In this document: piece by piece, positions 1-14,416 of the stretch
How positions within the stretch are numbered: position 1 is the stretch's first letter
Layout of the letters: each line of letters starts with the position of its first letter
Source: Adineta vaga
Taxonomy: Eukaryota > Animalia > Rotifera
Direction: 5' to 3'
DNA length: 64,000 nt
Assembly (NCBI GenBank): GCA_021613535.1
Contig: CP075497.1
Span: 5,332,001 to 5,396,000 of the forward strand
Notes under the pieces: generated by a model
What the model was told of the DNA's origin: nothing
The model's database searches: none
The model's input: only the letters and a program-made list of their open reading frames with translations
Position numbers and translations under genes: made by a program

Positions 1-788
1 CTGATATTATTATAAATACATACTACTACTAAAACGGGTGGATTCCCAAAACAATCTTTCAGATCAGTATGTCGATCATTACGTGAATCTATGTAATAAG
101 CCAATGGAAATAGGAAGCCAACAAAAATCTGATTAACTAGTGAGAAAATAATAATGTGTTTCTGATATCTAAAAAAATACATGTGATTTTACTCGCTGTC
201 CTTGGATGATCAACAGTTGCTGATCTTTGTTTTGCTTGATGATCATTATTGAAATCTAATATTGGTCTCTTTCTTTTATTGTTCGATGGTATATTTTCTT
301 CAAATCGATTTCCTATAATGTGAAGTGAAAATAAGTTAATTTGTCTATTTACAAGCAATAGATAAACATACCATATGTATTAGCAATCGTACTACTAGCT
401 GTTGCAAATGTACCTGAAAATATACAGATTCATAAGAGTGAGATCAGTTATTATCATTCTTACTCTGAAAAGTTGCAGTTGTAATTGCAAGTGGTTCAGG
501 TGCAGTTTTGAACCATGATTCATCAGATGGTTGTTCATTCGAAATTTCTTCTTCATTAAATAATTCCGAACTTATAGACGGAACTGATGAAAAGTCCTGT
601 TGTGTTGTTACATTGCGTTGATGCTGATCACCTTTTAGATAAATAAATAAATAAATAAACGTATCGCAAATCATCAAACTAGTAATCTATTCGACTGTAC
701 ACTTACAAACATCTTTCGTAGAATTAGCCCTAAAATAGAATAATATACGCAATATAATAATGAATGATATACGTAGCAGTGCTTACAT
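1..788 (-). CDS. Multi-exon protein of unknown function, 3' end outside the window
   Basis: Chain of short GT-AG introns joins MANSTKDV / CDQHQRNV... / GTFATASSTIANTY / GNRFEENIPSNNKRKRP (NLS-like) / NQIFVGFLFPLAYYIDSRNDRHTDLKDCFGNPPVL. The ATG appears split by intron 730-786. Confidence 0.55.
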
Positions 789-1297
789 ATACGTATCTCA
801 ATATTGAGTTAGAACTTAAAATGAAGCTAAATACAGAAGACATTAGCTTAGCTTACTAAAATGCAAATACATTGGATTGGATTGAAATTTGGAAAAAAAC
901 CGTCAGATCTTACAATGAAGAAATTGATTTGCTGTACGATAGTTATTACTCATGAGAGCTCTCAATCGATGGCGCCAGTAGAGGCCTCAATACGTTGAGC
1001 ATATAACAGAATTTTTAATTTGTTTTTCAAAAGTTTACAAATAATATCAAGCATGAAAATGAAATATAATTTATTGACTTGAAATCTTAGTAAAAAGGTG
1101 ATCAATGATTACCGACACTAAGATAATTATGTTATTGAATACATGAAAACACGTGTTAGCTATTTTTGCTTACTTGTAAGAATATTGATACTAAAGGTAA
1201 AGAGTATTGAATAGTTTCACGAGAAATAATTTTTAAAAAGATCTAAATTCGTTTGACAATATATTTATTGAATCGAAAATACATGTAATTAAAAATA

Positions 1298-1871
1298 TCA
1301 AAAGCGTTGATGTAAAACAGGATGAGTACTATGCTGTTTGATTAACCACCATATCTGACTAACAACGACACCCAAAGTTATTAAACCAACTAGACTGAAA
1401 CCAACGATAAGTAGTGTTAATGCTGGTCGTTCACTAGGTTTTACCCATTGAACCTTTTCGATGTTAGTTCGATCATAAAAGCATGTATAACTGCTATTAA
1501 CCTATATAAAAACAATAAAGATGATAACAAATTTATTTGTTACAGAAAATATTTACTTGAATTTGTAATAAACGTGGTATTTCATCGATATGAATCACAC
1601 TAGATATATATGCTCCATTAGCAATTTGATACTGAACTGCAAAATGTTCAGTATAGCATGTAGATGGATGACATCCATCACAGTTGCAATCATAGGAAAG
1701 TTTTTCGTCGGAAATATTTGAAACAAAACAAATTGTATTTGTATATACTCGTTGTTGATCTCGAATAACTCGTAGACGATGTGCACCGACTGCTCCAACA
1801 ATTAAAGCTGCTACAAAGACGATAGCAGCACATCCCAAGATGAACAAAGCACGAAGTGAGTGCAGAAACAT
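1298..1871 (-). CDS. Two-TM protein with Cys-rich extracellular loop, BK channel beta-subunit (KCNMB)-like topology
   Basis: Exon 1 has a TM helix then CFV...CNCDGCHPSTCY. Exon 2 reads VNSSYTCFYDRTN...LTLLIVGFSLVGLITLGVVVSQIWW, stop at 1298-1300. Confidence 0.6.
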
Positions 1872-2639
1872 GTGTTAAGTAAAGTGTGTGTGTGTATGTA
1901 TGTATGGTAACAATGAGTATATTCTTTTGATTAACTACTAAATGATACAAAGCAGATTAGATATCTCGTTACGCTTGAAAGGATATGCACGTAGCGATCA
2001 TTCGCCAGTTATATAGAAGATCAATAGTCTATTCATTATATAATAAAGATATAATATTGACCTACAGAATAGCGAAAATGTTCTTACATTCGATGTAATC
2101 ATACAATATACACAGTAATTTTAACTCGAAATCGATGTCTCCGAACATCTTTGATTAAACACAAGTTTTGAAGACAAAAATGAAAAATATCTCATTCTAT
2201 TTCGAATTTAATGGAAATAATTACAGATGAAAAAGAATGAATTTTTCATTCCATTTTTTATGTTTCTGTATCACATGTTTGCATTAGTAGTGATTTAATC
2301 ATTGCCATAAGTAAGCTTTACTTGAATGTATACGAAATTCTTCCAACAACGCATATTTCTATAATTTCATTGCATCAAAAATATTATAAAAAGTAATATG
2401 TCTATTTAAAACTCGAAACAATATAGTTAACTCTAAATATGTGTTCATTAATGATAAAAGAGTTAATTTTTTCTCGTCATATACTGTCATCTGCATACGA
2501 CTACTATTCATTGGTGAAGACAATTTTTTGTCGCTATGATCGCTTATTCTTATCAGACGATTGTAACTCTTCGTTTTAGTAATCCCAAAAATAAAACAAT
2601 CTATCTATTAATTACAAATTTTCTATTCTAATTGACAAT

Positions 2640-2990
2640 ATGAACGATCCTTCTTCATCATCAGAAAGTATTCATAATGTTACTTGCTGTTCATCATCAT
2701 CGACACCACCGATGCCAATGTTAACAGCTGATGATTATCTCGATGGTCTGCATTGTGTTCATGAAGCACAAAAAGTCAATGCAACGCCCCAGGAAATTAT
2801 GTTTAAATTACGTCTTTATCTCGAAGATAAAGTTGGTGGAAAAAATATTCTTCTTACTATATTAACACTTATACGTCGGGAGCAGATTATTGATTTTAAT
2901 AATCATAAAGAATATGAATATTGTACAAGTTTATTGCCACTTTTTATGGTTCTTATTTGTTTAGAAAATTCATTGGCTGAACAAAGATGA
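2640..2990 (+). CDS. Small hypothetical helical protein (3' splice structure uncertain)
   Basis: 116-aa ORF with coding-like composition; no recognised family. Confidence 0.4.
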   Translation: MNDPSSSSESIHNVTCCSSSSTPPMPMLTADDYLDGLHCVHEAQKVNATPQEIMFKLRLYLEDKVGGKNILLTILTLIRREQIIDFNNHKEYEYCTSLLPLFMVLICLENSLAEQR

Positions 2991-3724
2991 TTAAATATGT
3001 TGAGTTTACATATTTAATTCTTCTTTTTCTTCTTCTTCTTCTTCAGAAGGCACACAGTGATGAATTCGTCTGTTTGATGGTGAATTTTTCTTTTTCGTAA
3101 ATTGTATTTTAATCGTAAACATTTGTAAGAATAGTGTTGAAACTATTTTTGTTTCTTAACTTTCAATAAAATTGATCGACAGAAGTAAAAAGAAGTACAA
3201 TGAACCTTTCATTGATATACTTGTTTCGTGAAAAGAAATACATCGATCAAATACTGATTGAAATTCATCCTCAAGATTAAAATTCTTATCCTAACCTAAT
3301 CCATACGATTACGTATTCAAGTGCACACGCGTTATACACTTATACGATTTTGACCGATTATAAAACTCATTTGTATGTATAACATCTTCGATGACGATAA
3401 ATCTATTTGTTTCTTTTTTTTTTGAAATCGATCAATACCAACAAGAAGTTATAAAGTTCTGTCACATTTGTCTTTCCCTTTGAAACAGTTACTCATAAAA
3501 TAAGAGTACTATGGACTAATTAATCATCAATAGAAAGTTTTCGAGGAAATATTTTTTGATAAAATTTAGTTTCCCCTGTTCTATATTGCCGCTTTTTTTA
3601 AAGAAAGAATTAGAAATATACAATAATAATCATTGAAAAAAATTTCAACCAGTGTTCATAGAGTGAGAGTAGCATGTACAGTGAGAGAAAAAAGATAGAT
3701 GTTCATTTCATAATTTGTTTGATT

Positions 3725-4289
3725 TTAATAATGACGACCATGTTGATTATATTGTGGAGCATAACCGTAACCTGCACCACCAACACGTCCATCACCATTT
3801 AAATCCATACCTGTTACTTTTTCTAACTGGTTAATTAAGCCACCACCGCCGCCACCTCCATGATGTGGAGCTGGTCCATAACCTTGTGCACCGTATTGAT
3901 TGAAAGGTGGTGGACAGGGAGCACCACCATATTGATTATAATTCGGAGGGCAACCCTGACCACCATATGGACCATAGTTTGGTGGACAAGGCGGAGCTCC
4001 ATATTGATTATATTGATTATATTGTGGTGGATAACCAGGAGGACCATATTGATTTTGATGACCGTAACTGTTTCCTATTCGTCCATCACCATTTAAATCC
4101 ATATGAGTAGCTTTTTCTAAGTGATTCATTATGCCACCTCCAGCACCTTGTCCGTGACGACCATAACCTAGTTTTGATAATGAAAGAAAATTAGTTGTAT
4201 TCAAAACACATAAAACATACCTGAACCGATTACCCCATCTCCATTCAGATCAACACCTAGTTTCTTTTCAACTTGTTTTGTAATAAAAT
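3725..4289 (-). CDS. Gly/Tyr/Pro/Gln-rich low-complexity protein with three E-x4-(M/V)DLNGDGx(I/V)G repeats; start exon unresolved
   Basis: Exon ~4221-4289 encodes FITKQVEKKLGVDLNGDGVIGS. The main exon has LEKATHMDLNGDGRIG and LEKVTGMDLNGDGRVG flanking a YGPPGYPPQYNQ-type region. Confidence 0.75.
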
Positions 4290-5210
4290 CTAAATAACAC
4301 AAGAAAACAAAGAATTTAGAGAACTAATTTTAAAACCTTTAAGTATCGAAGAATCAGAAGGATAGTAGTTTTTACATTTGGACTCTACTCATTCTCCCGG
4401 AAGTAAGAATAATTGTGAATAAGAAACTCCACAAGTTTTTTGTTGTTATTTATCTGACATGTCTCGATCATAGGGATTTTAATAAAACTTTGACATTTTC
4501 AAAAACAAAATCAACAGATTGAAGATCAAGGTAATAAATGTGTCTATCATTTATATAATTAGTTGATCAGATGTACTCTATAAATCTGATATCGATAAGA
4601 TTAGATATAAACTTACTCATGTTTTTTTCTTGTTGTGTATGGTATAAAGAATCTTTGAAATAATAGATGATATCGACGTTAAGTTGTCTTATTTATATAC
4701 TTTTCTCTTCGACAAATGACGGAATAAATAACCAAACGTTCGTCATTTCTTCCTACACGGCCGTATTTTTCTTCTTTCTCTTTCTATCGTTTTCTTTTCT
4801 GTCTCTCTCTCTCTCGTGTTCTTCTCCTGTGTTTGAATCAACAACATCTACCAAGATAAATACAGCATTAACGTTTTCGTATGTCTTTTACATTATTCTG
4901 TTCTTTTCATACGACGTCATCTGGTACAACATTTCTTCTCCTCAGTGTCTTCTACTTCACGTATTTACTAGAAATAAATACGTCTGAATAAGGTCGTCAA
5001 ACAAAAGGAGAAATGATTCATAGGATTCTATGTCAGAATATCTTGTACGTCACATCTTTTCAGAATTAATCAAATTCTGTCACGTTTGAAGAAAAACGTA
5101 GAATTTCAATAAAATGAATAACCTTGTTGTCAATGTAACAAAAAAAAATTGATGTAGAATACTCGAGATTCTTTTTCTCGGAATTGATTTTATTCGTTTT
5201 TTTTATTGAA

Positions 5211-8200
5211 TTAATGCAAAACATCCGAAGTGAAAATAGTTTTTAATACTTTTGGTATTTGACTTGTTTCCAAACAGACGAAACCTTTTCCTGATGGTAA
5301 ATTTTGTTGTAAATGAATTGCTTGTTGTCCTAATGAACCAATAAACATTGCAAAACATTGTACATTCTCATTTGATTGTAACATCTTGCCAAATATTTTC
5401 GGTGACAAACCATATCGATCGAAATTTGCATCGGATATAACAATAACAAAACGTTCATCGACAGTATCATCAGGTTCTGCTTGTAAATCTTCAATAGCTT
5501 TCTTCAAAGCTGAAAAAGTATTATCACCTGAACTACAAAACATTGTATGTGTATACATAAGTTTAAGTAATTTTAAACGTTCTTTATTATTTTTTGGTGC
5601 TTGATGTTTTCGTACAAGTTCTATGGAAGTTTCGTCACCGGAATGACCAACAATATCATAAGTAAATTTATGTTCAAAACCTGCTAATGATTCAAGAAAC
5701 ATCAAAACACATTCACATTGTCTTTCTAAACGATTATCAACACCATTAAAACGATACATTGATGCAGAAAGATCAACAACTAAACGAAGACGTTTAGCTT
5801 TCGTTTGTGGACTACCAGGTTCTGGTGGAACATCAGCACGATATTTATAAATAGATTTTTCTCCTATAATGCCTTCAATTAATTTTCGTTCGTCCCAATC
5901 ACCAGTAGTACGATGACGCTAAGAAAAATGAAATATCAATACAAAAACAAAGAATCGAATTTTTAAATTCAATCTTACCACCCATTGTCGATCATGTGAC
6001 TTTGCTTCTAATGATTCAATAATTGAACGAAGCATTTTAATTTCACTCGAAATTTTGTTTAGATACTTTTCATAGACTTCATGTTCATATTCAGACATTT
6101 CGATTTCTTTTAAACGTTCTTTAAAAACTTTTTGACCTAATTCTCTTGCTGCTTTTCGAATATGTTCTGGTACTGCAGCTTTAACTTCATCAGGTACTTG
6201 ATACACCTGATGACCACTATCCAATCGATATGGTCCACCAATTCCACCGAGACCTTAATAATCATAAATCAAGATTCAAAAGAAGAAGAACAAACTTCCA
6301 ACGAGCAAACCTGCTGTGTCCCGACCACCACTTCCACCAGCCCATTGATTTCCACCTACATGTGGTTCATTTTTTGGATCAACTTTTCCATGTTTAGGTC
6401 CACTTAAATCTGTTTTTCCATTTTTCAAATATTCAATATCAAGACTATGTTCACCGGATCGTCCAGTTTGTTTACTCCAATTATCCAGCGAAATTTGTAG
6501 ATTAGTAGGTACTATTTCCCAATGATGAATATTTGCACGACTATCGATCGTTATCAACGAGCCATCATCAAATTGAGCCGCAAGAACGCCTGAACTCGAT
6601 TTAGTTAACATATGCCATTCATGTTGTGATATTGACGAACGAGAATTTGGGTCTTGTGAACGCTGAATAGGAATATATGTAATTAAATGACGATTTAAAT
6701 CAAGTAATTCAATATAAGAGAGAATTGCTGAATCAGGAATATCATTTTTCATACTGAAAGATAAAAAACAAACAAACATGAAGAAATCTCAAGAATACTA
6801 GTTCGTAGACATACATAAATTTTTTATCAATATCATTTTTTCCATAAAATGAAGCAATTAATGAATGCTGCTTATTGATAAATGTTTGTAATCGTCGTTT
6901 TTCGTATACTTCTTGTGGCGGAGCATCAGTCATTGAGATAGAATTTGATCGTTTAAATCGTTCAACAGTAAGACTACTATCATTATTTTTGACAATCTTT
7001 GCTAAGTAGTCATGTAAACTCGAAAACCATAATGAATTATTACTGATATGTCCACCACTAGTTGCTAAACCAATGGTATCAACATGATAATCAATTAATG
7101 ATAAAGTTGGCTTATGATCAGTTTTTGTATTTAGAAGATATGAAGATGAAGATTGTTGAACATGATCTGTAAGTATCCATTGATCACCAAAAGGAAACAC
7201 ATGACGAATAGAAACAGGAAGTTTTATTTGTTGAGATGTATTCTTAGTAAAATCCATGATATGAATAAAATTTTGATTAAATATATATTGAAGAAGTTGA
7301 CCATTCGTTGGGTTGTACAAGGAACGTGATATGGATGTTGTGCGTTGAGAAAGCATTTCATTAAATTTACGACTAATAGTTTGTGTTAATGGCGAAGATG
7401 ATGTGATCGATGATTGAATCAATGAACTTCGACCATCATCTAAATTAACTAACGTCCAAGTTTGACTGGTTAAATCACCAACAACAACTTGTTTCTCGTT
7501 TTCAGGTATTACACAAAGCTAAAATACAATGATATTATAGAGTTAACATGATGACAATTATTTACTTGATAGTTTGGCGTGGTAAATCGATTTGTCACGT
7601 TAATAAAAACAGAATTTAAATCAATTTTCTTTGCTTGATTTTCTCCCAGTTTAAACATCCATAATGATAGTGGATTTCCAGTTAATACTAATACATTTTT
7701 ATTCGATTTTAGTACATTTAAATCATGTACATAAGTTGTTTCATCTAACGGTAATCTATATTTATAAATTAATTCTGAAAAATTTTGTGTTCGAGAATCA
7801 TTTCGATGAATTGAGTTGATTATTTTGATCGGTTGTGTAGTTGATTTTTCATTGAAAATAATCGATGATGATGACGACGATGGTTCGATATCTTTCTCAT
7901 TAAACATTTTCATTGACCATGTTTCTCGATTAGCTACAAGTTTTAATGGATGACTTGTTGCTAAATTAACTGTTCGCTTTTCAATATGAAACGGAATTCC
8001 TTGACGGTGAAGAATACCACGGATTCGATCAATTACATCCGTATTATAATTATCTAAGTCGAATACATTTTTGACAACATCAGCTAATGATTCATTTGGA
8101 TACATATGTAAATGTTTAACGATTGAAACAAGTTCACGTAAACTGTATGGATAGGAAATAATACCGTCGATAGATAATTGACGTAATTCAGTAAAAACAT

Positions 8201-11200
8201 CAACTAATTGTTCGATTTTTTGACGTTCAAGATTGGGTGCAAAATTTTGAAGAAGAATTATTTCACTTTCACGAGGTGGATTAAGGATAGGAAATGTTGA
8301 AAAATGATCACCTAAACTTAAGAAGAAACTAAAAGAAAAGAAAGATATTTTATCTTTAGGAAGAAGGTACCAATGAATGAACATACTCATTGCCAAGAAA
8401 TGGAAAGCCAGGTCTATTTGCAAGAACAATCATACGAAAATTTGGATGTGTACGAATGATAAGATTTGATGGAATAGTTGAAATGTGTCCTGTCTCTTTT
8501 GGATAAACACGTCGTCCATCATTTAAAAACATTGAACCACTTTCAATTAATGATTTAAGGATACCAGTCACATTTGTTGGAGCTTTATCTGCTTCATCAA
8601 TTACTGCAACAGAACCTTCTTTAATTGCTTTAATCAATGGACTATCTTCATAAACAATTCGACCATCAATGATATTAGCTTGAATCGTCAGACTTTGAAC
8701 AGTTGTATCACCTTAAATAAATTCCGTTTCAAAACTTGATTCCTAATTCTTTATACTACTTACGATGCAATTGAATATATTCACGAGGTAATTTCAATGT
8801 TTGAAGATAATGATCAACAATACGATTCTTAGCAACACTAAATTATTTAAGAATGTTATTTATACGAAATAAATATCAGTAGACTAACCCTTGTGGTCCA
8901 ATTAGAAGTAAATGTTCACCAAGAGAGAATGATTCATGCATTTGTTGAATAATTTCACTATGTATCGGATTTTCATAGAAAACTGTAAATGGAACTTTTG
9001 CTGCATGTTCAAAAGATGCATTTAATTGTTGATTATTGTTTATTGATTGTTTCCAATTGATTTCTGATGCATTTATTTGTTGATTTTCTTCGAGACCTGA
9101 TTTCGTTAGTGCTTCGTAAAAAGTATCTTGAACAAGGCGTGGAAGAAATGGTGCCGAAGTTTGTCGAATTAATTGTTCGCGTAAATGAATTTGATAATTG
9201 GAAGTTTGATTTTGTAAATGTTTAGCAATACGTAAAACATTTCGTGTCGATAATGATTGCGCAACAGTTTTCAATTGTGTTTCCGAGGAATTTCGTAAAT
9301 CATGTACAAATTGAAGTAAATGTTCAATTGCTGGAATTGATTGATTGGGAGATGTTGTTGATAATAATGAATAAACAATTTGACGTTCTTCATTCAAATT
9401 TAATGAACGCATTTGATGATAGAGGAATAAATTTAATGTTTCAGCATTTAACCAATTTTGTTCACTTGAGGATTTTGATGTTGAACTTTCGTTTGATGCA
9501 CTTGTATTGGATGTCGGTGGTTCAGCAAGTGCAATTATACGAAATGATGGATGAATTCGATGAAGATTTTTGGATGGATTTTCCAAAAGATCATATCGAT
9601 CATGCCTAAAATACGATGAAATAATTATAAAGATAATTTTTCATTGTGATTAAGAGTAGAAATAGTTACCGAAGAAGTCGAGTGCCATCAGGTAGAAAAA
9701 GTTCTCGATCTTGAATTAGTCGTTGTAATGAAATTAATGTATCATTATTTAAACGATGTATACCATCAAGTACAAGTAATCGACCATGAATAGCAGCTTC
9801 TACTAATGGTGTATTTTGCCAGAGAGTATCACCATTTTCATTCGTAATACGTTGTTGTAATAACTCTCGTGCTGATAGATCTTTGTATAAGACAAAATAT
9901 TCAATTGGATAATTGAGTAAAGATGCAAAATGATCAACAATTAAACTTTTCCCACAACCTTTTGGACCAACAAGACAAATATCTCCAATGGAATGGCTTA
10001 GCATTAAATCCGAAAGAAGTTGATCATGATAAGATGTTTTAATAAATGTTGGTGGAATCATTGTTGAGGACGAATCATGTGCGGGCACCTAAAATACATA
10101 TATATATATGAAAAATGTACAACAAGGATTCGAATTCTTTACCGAAATCTTATATTGTTTTCCATTCATTTCATAACTAACAGTTGCTTGTGTTTCTTGT
10201 CGATCAATATGAATAATTTTCTTTGATGAATTCTCATTGGATTGTTTCAGAGCTAATTTTTTAAACATACCTTGAATACCTTGTTTTGATTCTTTTGAAT
10301 TTTTATAAAGTATATCATATGGATAAATCCGATGAAGACAATCAGCTAGCGATATATTTGGTATTAATTCTACTAAACGAACAGCTAGATCAAGACGATC
10401 ATATGGAAAATGAATTAATTTTAATGTTTCTAAATCAGTTGAATTAACCAGAGATGCAAAAGATAATAGATGTTCAATAAATTGATTTTCAACATTAGGA
10501 TGAAGTGTTTTAAGAAGTTTAACATGTTCGGAAAATGTTAATGGTTCATTACCAATATCACGTAACTATTGATGAGAAAAGAAATATAATAATAAAAATA
10601 ATAAATTAAGCAATGTTCTACCTGAAATCGTGATCTTAGTGGTGGATCGAGACTATTTCCTTTATATTCTGTTAGTGGTGGTAATGTTAAAGCAATAACT
10701 CGAAAATCTTCATGTACACGAATAAAATTTAATTTTTCTAATTGTTCTTGGCTGTAGTATTTTAATAATTCGTCAAATCGTTGAGTTGAAACAAGAAATT
10801 GTCCATTATCTAGATTCATTTCTCGATTTTCTAAAAGATTATTTAGAATTGGTAGAACATTTCGTTCAGTTTTTTCTAATCCATCGAGAACCAATGTATG
10901 ACCATGTATAGCAGCATTGACAGCTGCTTGATTAATGAATAATGCTGTTTTATTTTGAATTTCTCGTCGTTGTTTAATATCAGAATCAGTCGTATCTCGA
11001 GTTAATTGAATATATTGATACGGTTTACGAGTTAATTCGAGATAAGCAAGAATTAAACGTCGACGAGTTGGACCAGGTGGACCAACAAACAGTGCATCTT
11101 GTCCAAGTTTATCTTTTTTCATTAACCATTCCAAATGACGAATGAATGATGGTGGGAAAAGATTTTTTTCATAATAAAGTATTGGAATCAATGATTGATC

Positions 11201-11317
11201 ATTATCAGTTCGTGGTATTACAGGACGAGTTACAGATCCAATTCGAAGAATATCAGTAGTGATCGAACGAAACGATATTGATCGTAAACCATGCAATTTT
11301 TTTGACACGATAAACAT
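5211..11317 (-). CDS. VWA8: von Willebrand factor A domain-containing protein 8 (dynein-related AAA+ ATPase, mitochondrial)
   Basis: Three AAA modules (GPPGPTRR...LDGLEKTERNVLPILNNLLENREM; GPKGCGKS; VIDEADKAPTNV), GPKHGKVDPKNEPHVGGNQWAGGSGGRDTAG, and a C-terminal vWA domain (VDLSASMYRFNGVDNRLER...SDANFDRYG). Multi-exon. Confidence 0.95.
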
Positions 11318-11833
11318 TGAACTTACCTTTCTTAAACAAAAAAGAAACGTAGAGATTACAAAATCTTTATTATTATTATTATTCTAAAAATCTTTTGTTT
11401 TTGTTTTCGTTTTCATTCGTACTTAGACTTAATTTTTCAACTTTTCGATATCTTAAAGAAAGATAATAATAAATCTGATTTTATAGAATACATATATATA
11501 TGCTTGATGATATTTGGAAGAGTTTGCAATTGAAATAATGAAGAAAATATCTCAGTCTGTTCATTTGTTTTCAATGTAAAGAAGAAGAAAAAACACTGTC
11601 TACAAAAAAAAATCTTGTTGATGTTGAAATTGTGAACAGACAAACCGGAGTGAAAGAGTTCGGAGAGGAAAAAAAGAGAAAATAGAACTAGATACTAAAG
11701 AAATCACACGCGAATGTGATAAATTACGCTAGAGACAAGAACCAAATACGCAATACACATATGAAGAAGAAAAAAAACATTGAATGCGCATTGTTTTTCA
11801 TAATTCGCGTGTGTTTGTTCTTATTCATTGGTT

Positions 11834-12341
11834 TTAGAAAGCAAATAGAAGCCTAAAAATAAAATAAAACAATTAATTGAAAATATTGAGCAGAATATTA
11901 CGTACATAAAAGCCATCATCAGGCAAAAGAGACCCATGGCTTCAGAAAGAGCAAAACCAAGAATGGCATAAGAGAAAAGTTGTTGTTTTAAACTTGGATT
12001 ACGTGCATAGGCAACGACTAATGAGCCAAATACTGTTCCAATACCTAGACAAAATCAACAATAACAATTAAATTTATCAATAGACAACTAATAAACATAC
12101 CTGCACCAGCACCGGCTACACCAACAGTTGCTGCACCAGCTCCAATATATTTAGCAGCTGAATCAATGTCACGACGTACAGCTGATGTTGCAATTGTACG
12201 TTGTGTTGGGACCATAATTGAACTGGCCATACTTAAAATTGGTAATTGTTGTTGAAAAATAATTTGACGATTAGCCAATAATTGACCAAGACGACATAAA
12301 GCCGATGGTGATGACATTGTAAGACGAGTTAATGCTGACAT
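11834..12341 (-). CDS. ATP5MC: Mitochondrial ATP synthase F0 subunit c precursor
   Basis: Presequence, then [24 protein letters not shown] / [45 protein letters not shown] / MLLFAF*. Three exons. Confidence 0.97.
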
Positions 12342-14416
12342 TCTTTGAATGAATGGATGGATCGAAAACAGATGATAAATTCAAGTAAGATTTTCTCTCG
12401 AAGAAAAAACACACAAATAATCTTTGCGTTCTTCACCACCAACGATTTCTATGCACCGAAAGAAACAAAAAATTCGACATAGATGTCGCTTTCTGTAAAA
12501 AATCAATTTCGAAAATGATTTTATTTGAAAAGTCTTCATTAAAATACGTTTTTAATTGTTTTTCTTTCCAAATTTTTCCATGATTTTTTCAATGACGAAG
12601 GTAAGAAAAATAAAATCCAGATGATCAGATACTACCAATTGGTTTGATGGAACGAATATATGTAGTAATGTATAAACAAAAATCCTTGACATTTTATTTT
12701 ATTTATCGTCATCTAAGATGTTGGTGATGGATATTTTCTTTCTTAAATTGATTATTTCATCATAGGCACAGACAGTTTGAACCTTCGTTTTTTTCTATAT
12801 AAAACGATGGTATAGGGTTCTGTGTAGAGTATTTCAGAAGTGATAGATTGAAAATGAATGAAAAGTTCTTTAGAAATCTTTTCATTCAAATAAAATGTCA
12901 CTTCAACATGTATAAATTTGAATAAATTGCCAAAAAGAAACACATTTTTAGACAAAATATATGTCGTTATTTTTAATAATATAGTAAAAGATGAACAGAA
13001 TGTTTTTTTTATAAAGTCACTAAAAAGATTCTAGTAGTTTTGTCTTTGAAATCTCGGAATACACATCGATGAACATAATTAATAATGATATAGGAAATGT
13101 ATTTGCTTTTTTTTGTTTCTATCAAAATAGTTTGAGAAGATAGAGAGAGTACCTGCAACATTTAATGATCTTTTTACTCAGTGAATAATGTAATATTTAT
13201 CGAAAACCACGACTTCAGTTAGTTCTATGTTCATATGTAGAAAAACGTATTTGTTAAGAAAAAAAAAAGAAAATTCTATTATATAAAACTCCGAGAATGG
13301 AAACTAGAATGTTAATATTTACTATTATAACAAACTGCTTTCAATTTTCTGCTTGTCACATGATTTTCTGAATAATTTATTATTCATATGTTACTTTTTC
13401 ACTATAGATACAACACATTATCATGTTGAGATCTATAATATTGAATTTAGTTGCATTTTCTTTCATTAACTAATAAAATTCATTAGAATTTAATGGTATG
13501 AATTCTATTTTTAGACGTTGATTCTTTCTTTATCATGATTTATTCTTAAAATTGATCTGCTATCATTTCTTAGCTTCTATTCTCTACTATCTCCATGGAA
13601 TATATTTATGGTGTCACTTCTGAATACTAATGATTACTATAAGGTATTTGTTACATTTTTTACATATATTAAAATAGAATATTCTTCCCATTTTTTTTCT
13701 TTTATAATTTTTTTTTCTTCTTTTTTTTTGTCGTCGTTAAATAAATACGATTGTCAACGACGGCTGTGAGAATGAAAAAAAGGAAGAGAAGAAGGCAGAA
13801 ATATACAAAAGTACTCAAGAGCAATAACAAGATGACAAAATAGAGTGATTTGAGGGAAAGAAAAGTTTTGCTTTTGGCACTCGACCAAAAAAGGTTTGAG
13901 AATGTACACAAATAATTTATTTCAGAATTCTTTCACCATGAAATTTCAGACTAAAAAATCATGAATAATTCATTTTAACTTGGAAAAATCGTAACAATTT
14001 ACTCATGCTTGGGCAATGGTAATTACCATATTACTAAGACGTTCCTTTTTGCTCCTTTTTCTTTCTTGCCATAGTTGTTATGAAATGATAAATTTACTGT
14101 CAGTTACGTTTCTTTTCTTTCTTTTTTTAACAACAGTTTTGTTTAAATGCAATGATTGTGCAACCATCCGTTTAATTGAAGAATATATGTAACTGTCTCA
14201 TGCATCATTCATCGACGAGAATTAGTCAGAACGATTGACCATGAATAGTTACAATGAGATCGTTTCCTATTGTTCTATCTCTTTTTTTCTCTCTCTATTG
14301 ATTGTGTAATATCGATGCGAAGAATCATTGATAGATATGAGAAGAAAAAGAAAGAAAAAAAAATGTTAATATTTCTTTTGTTTTAGTCAATAGTCAAGTG
14401 CTGATGCCGATATTCG

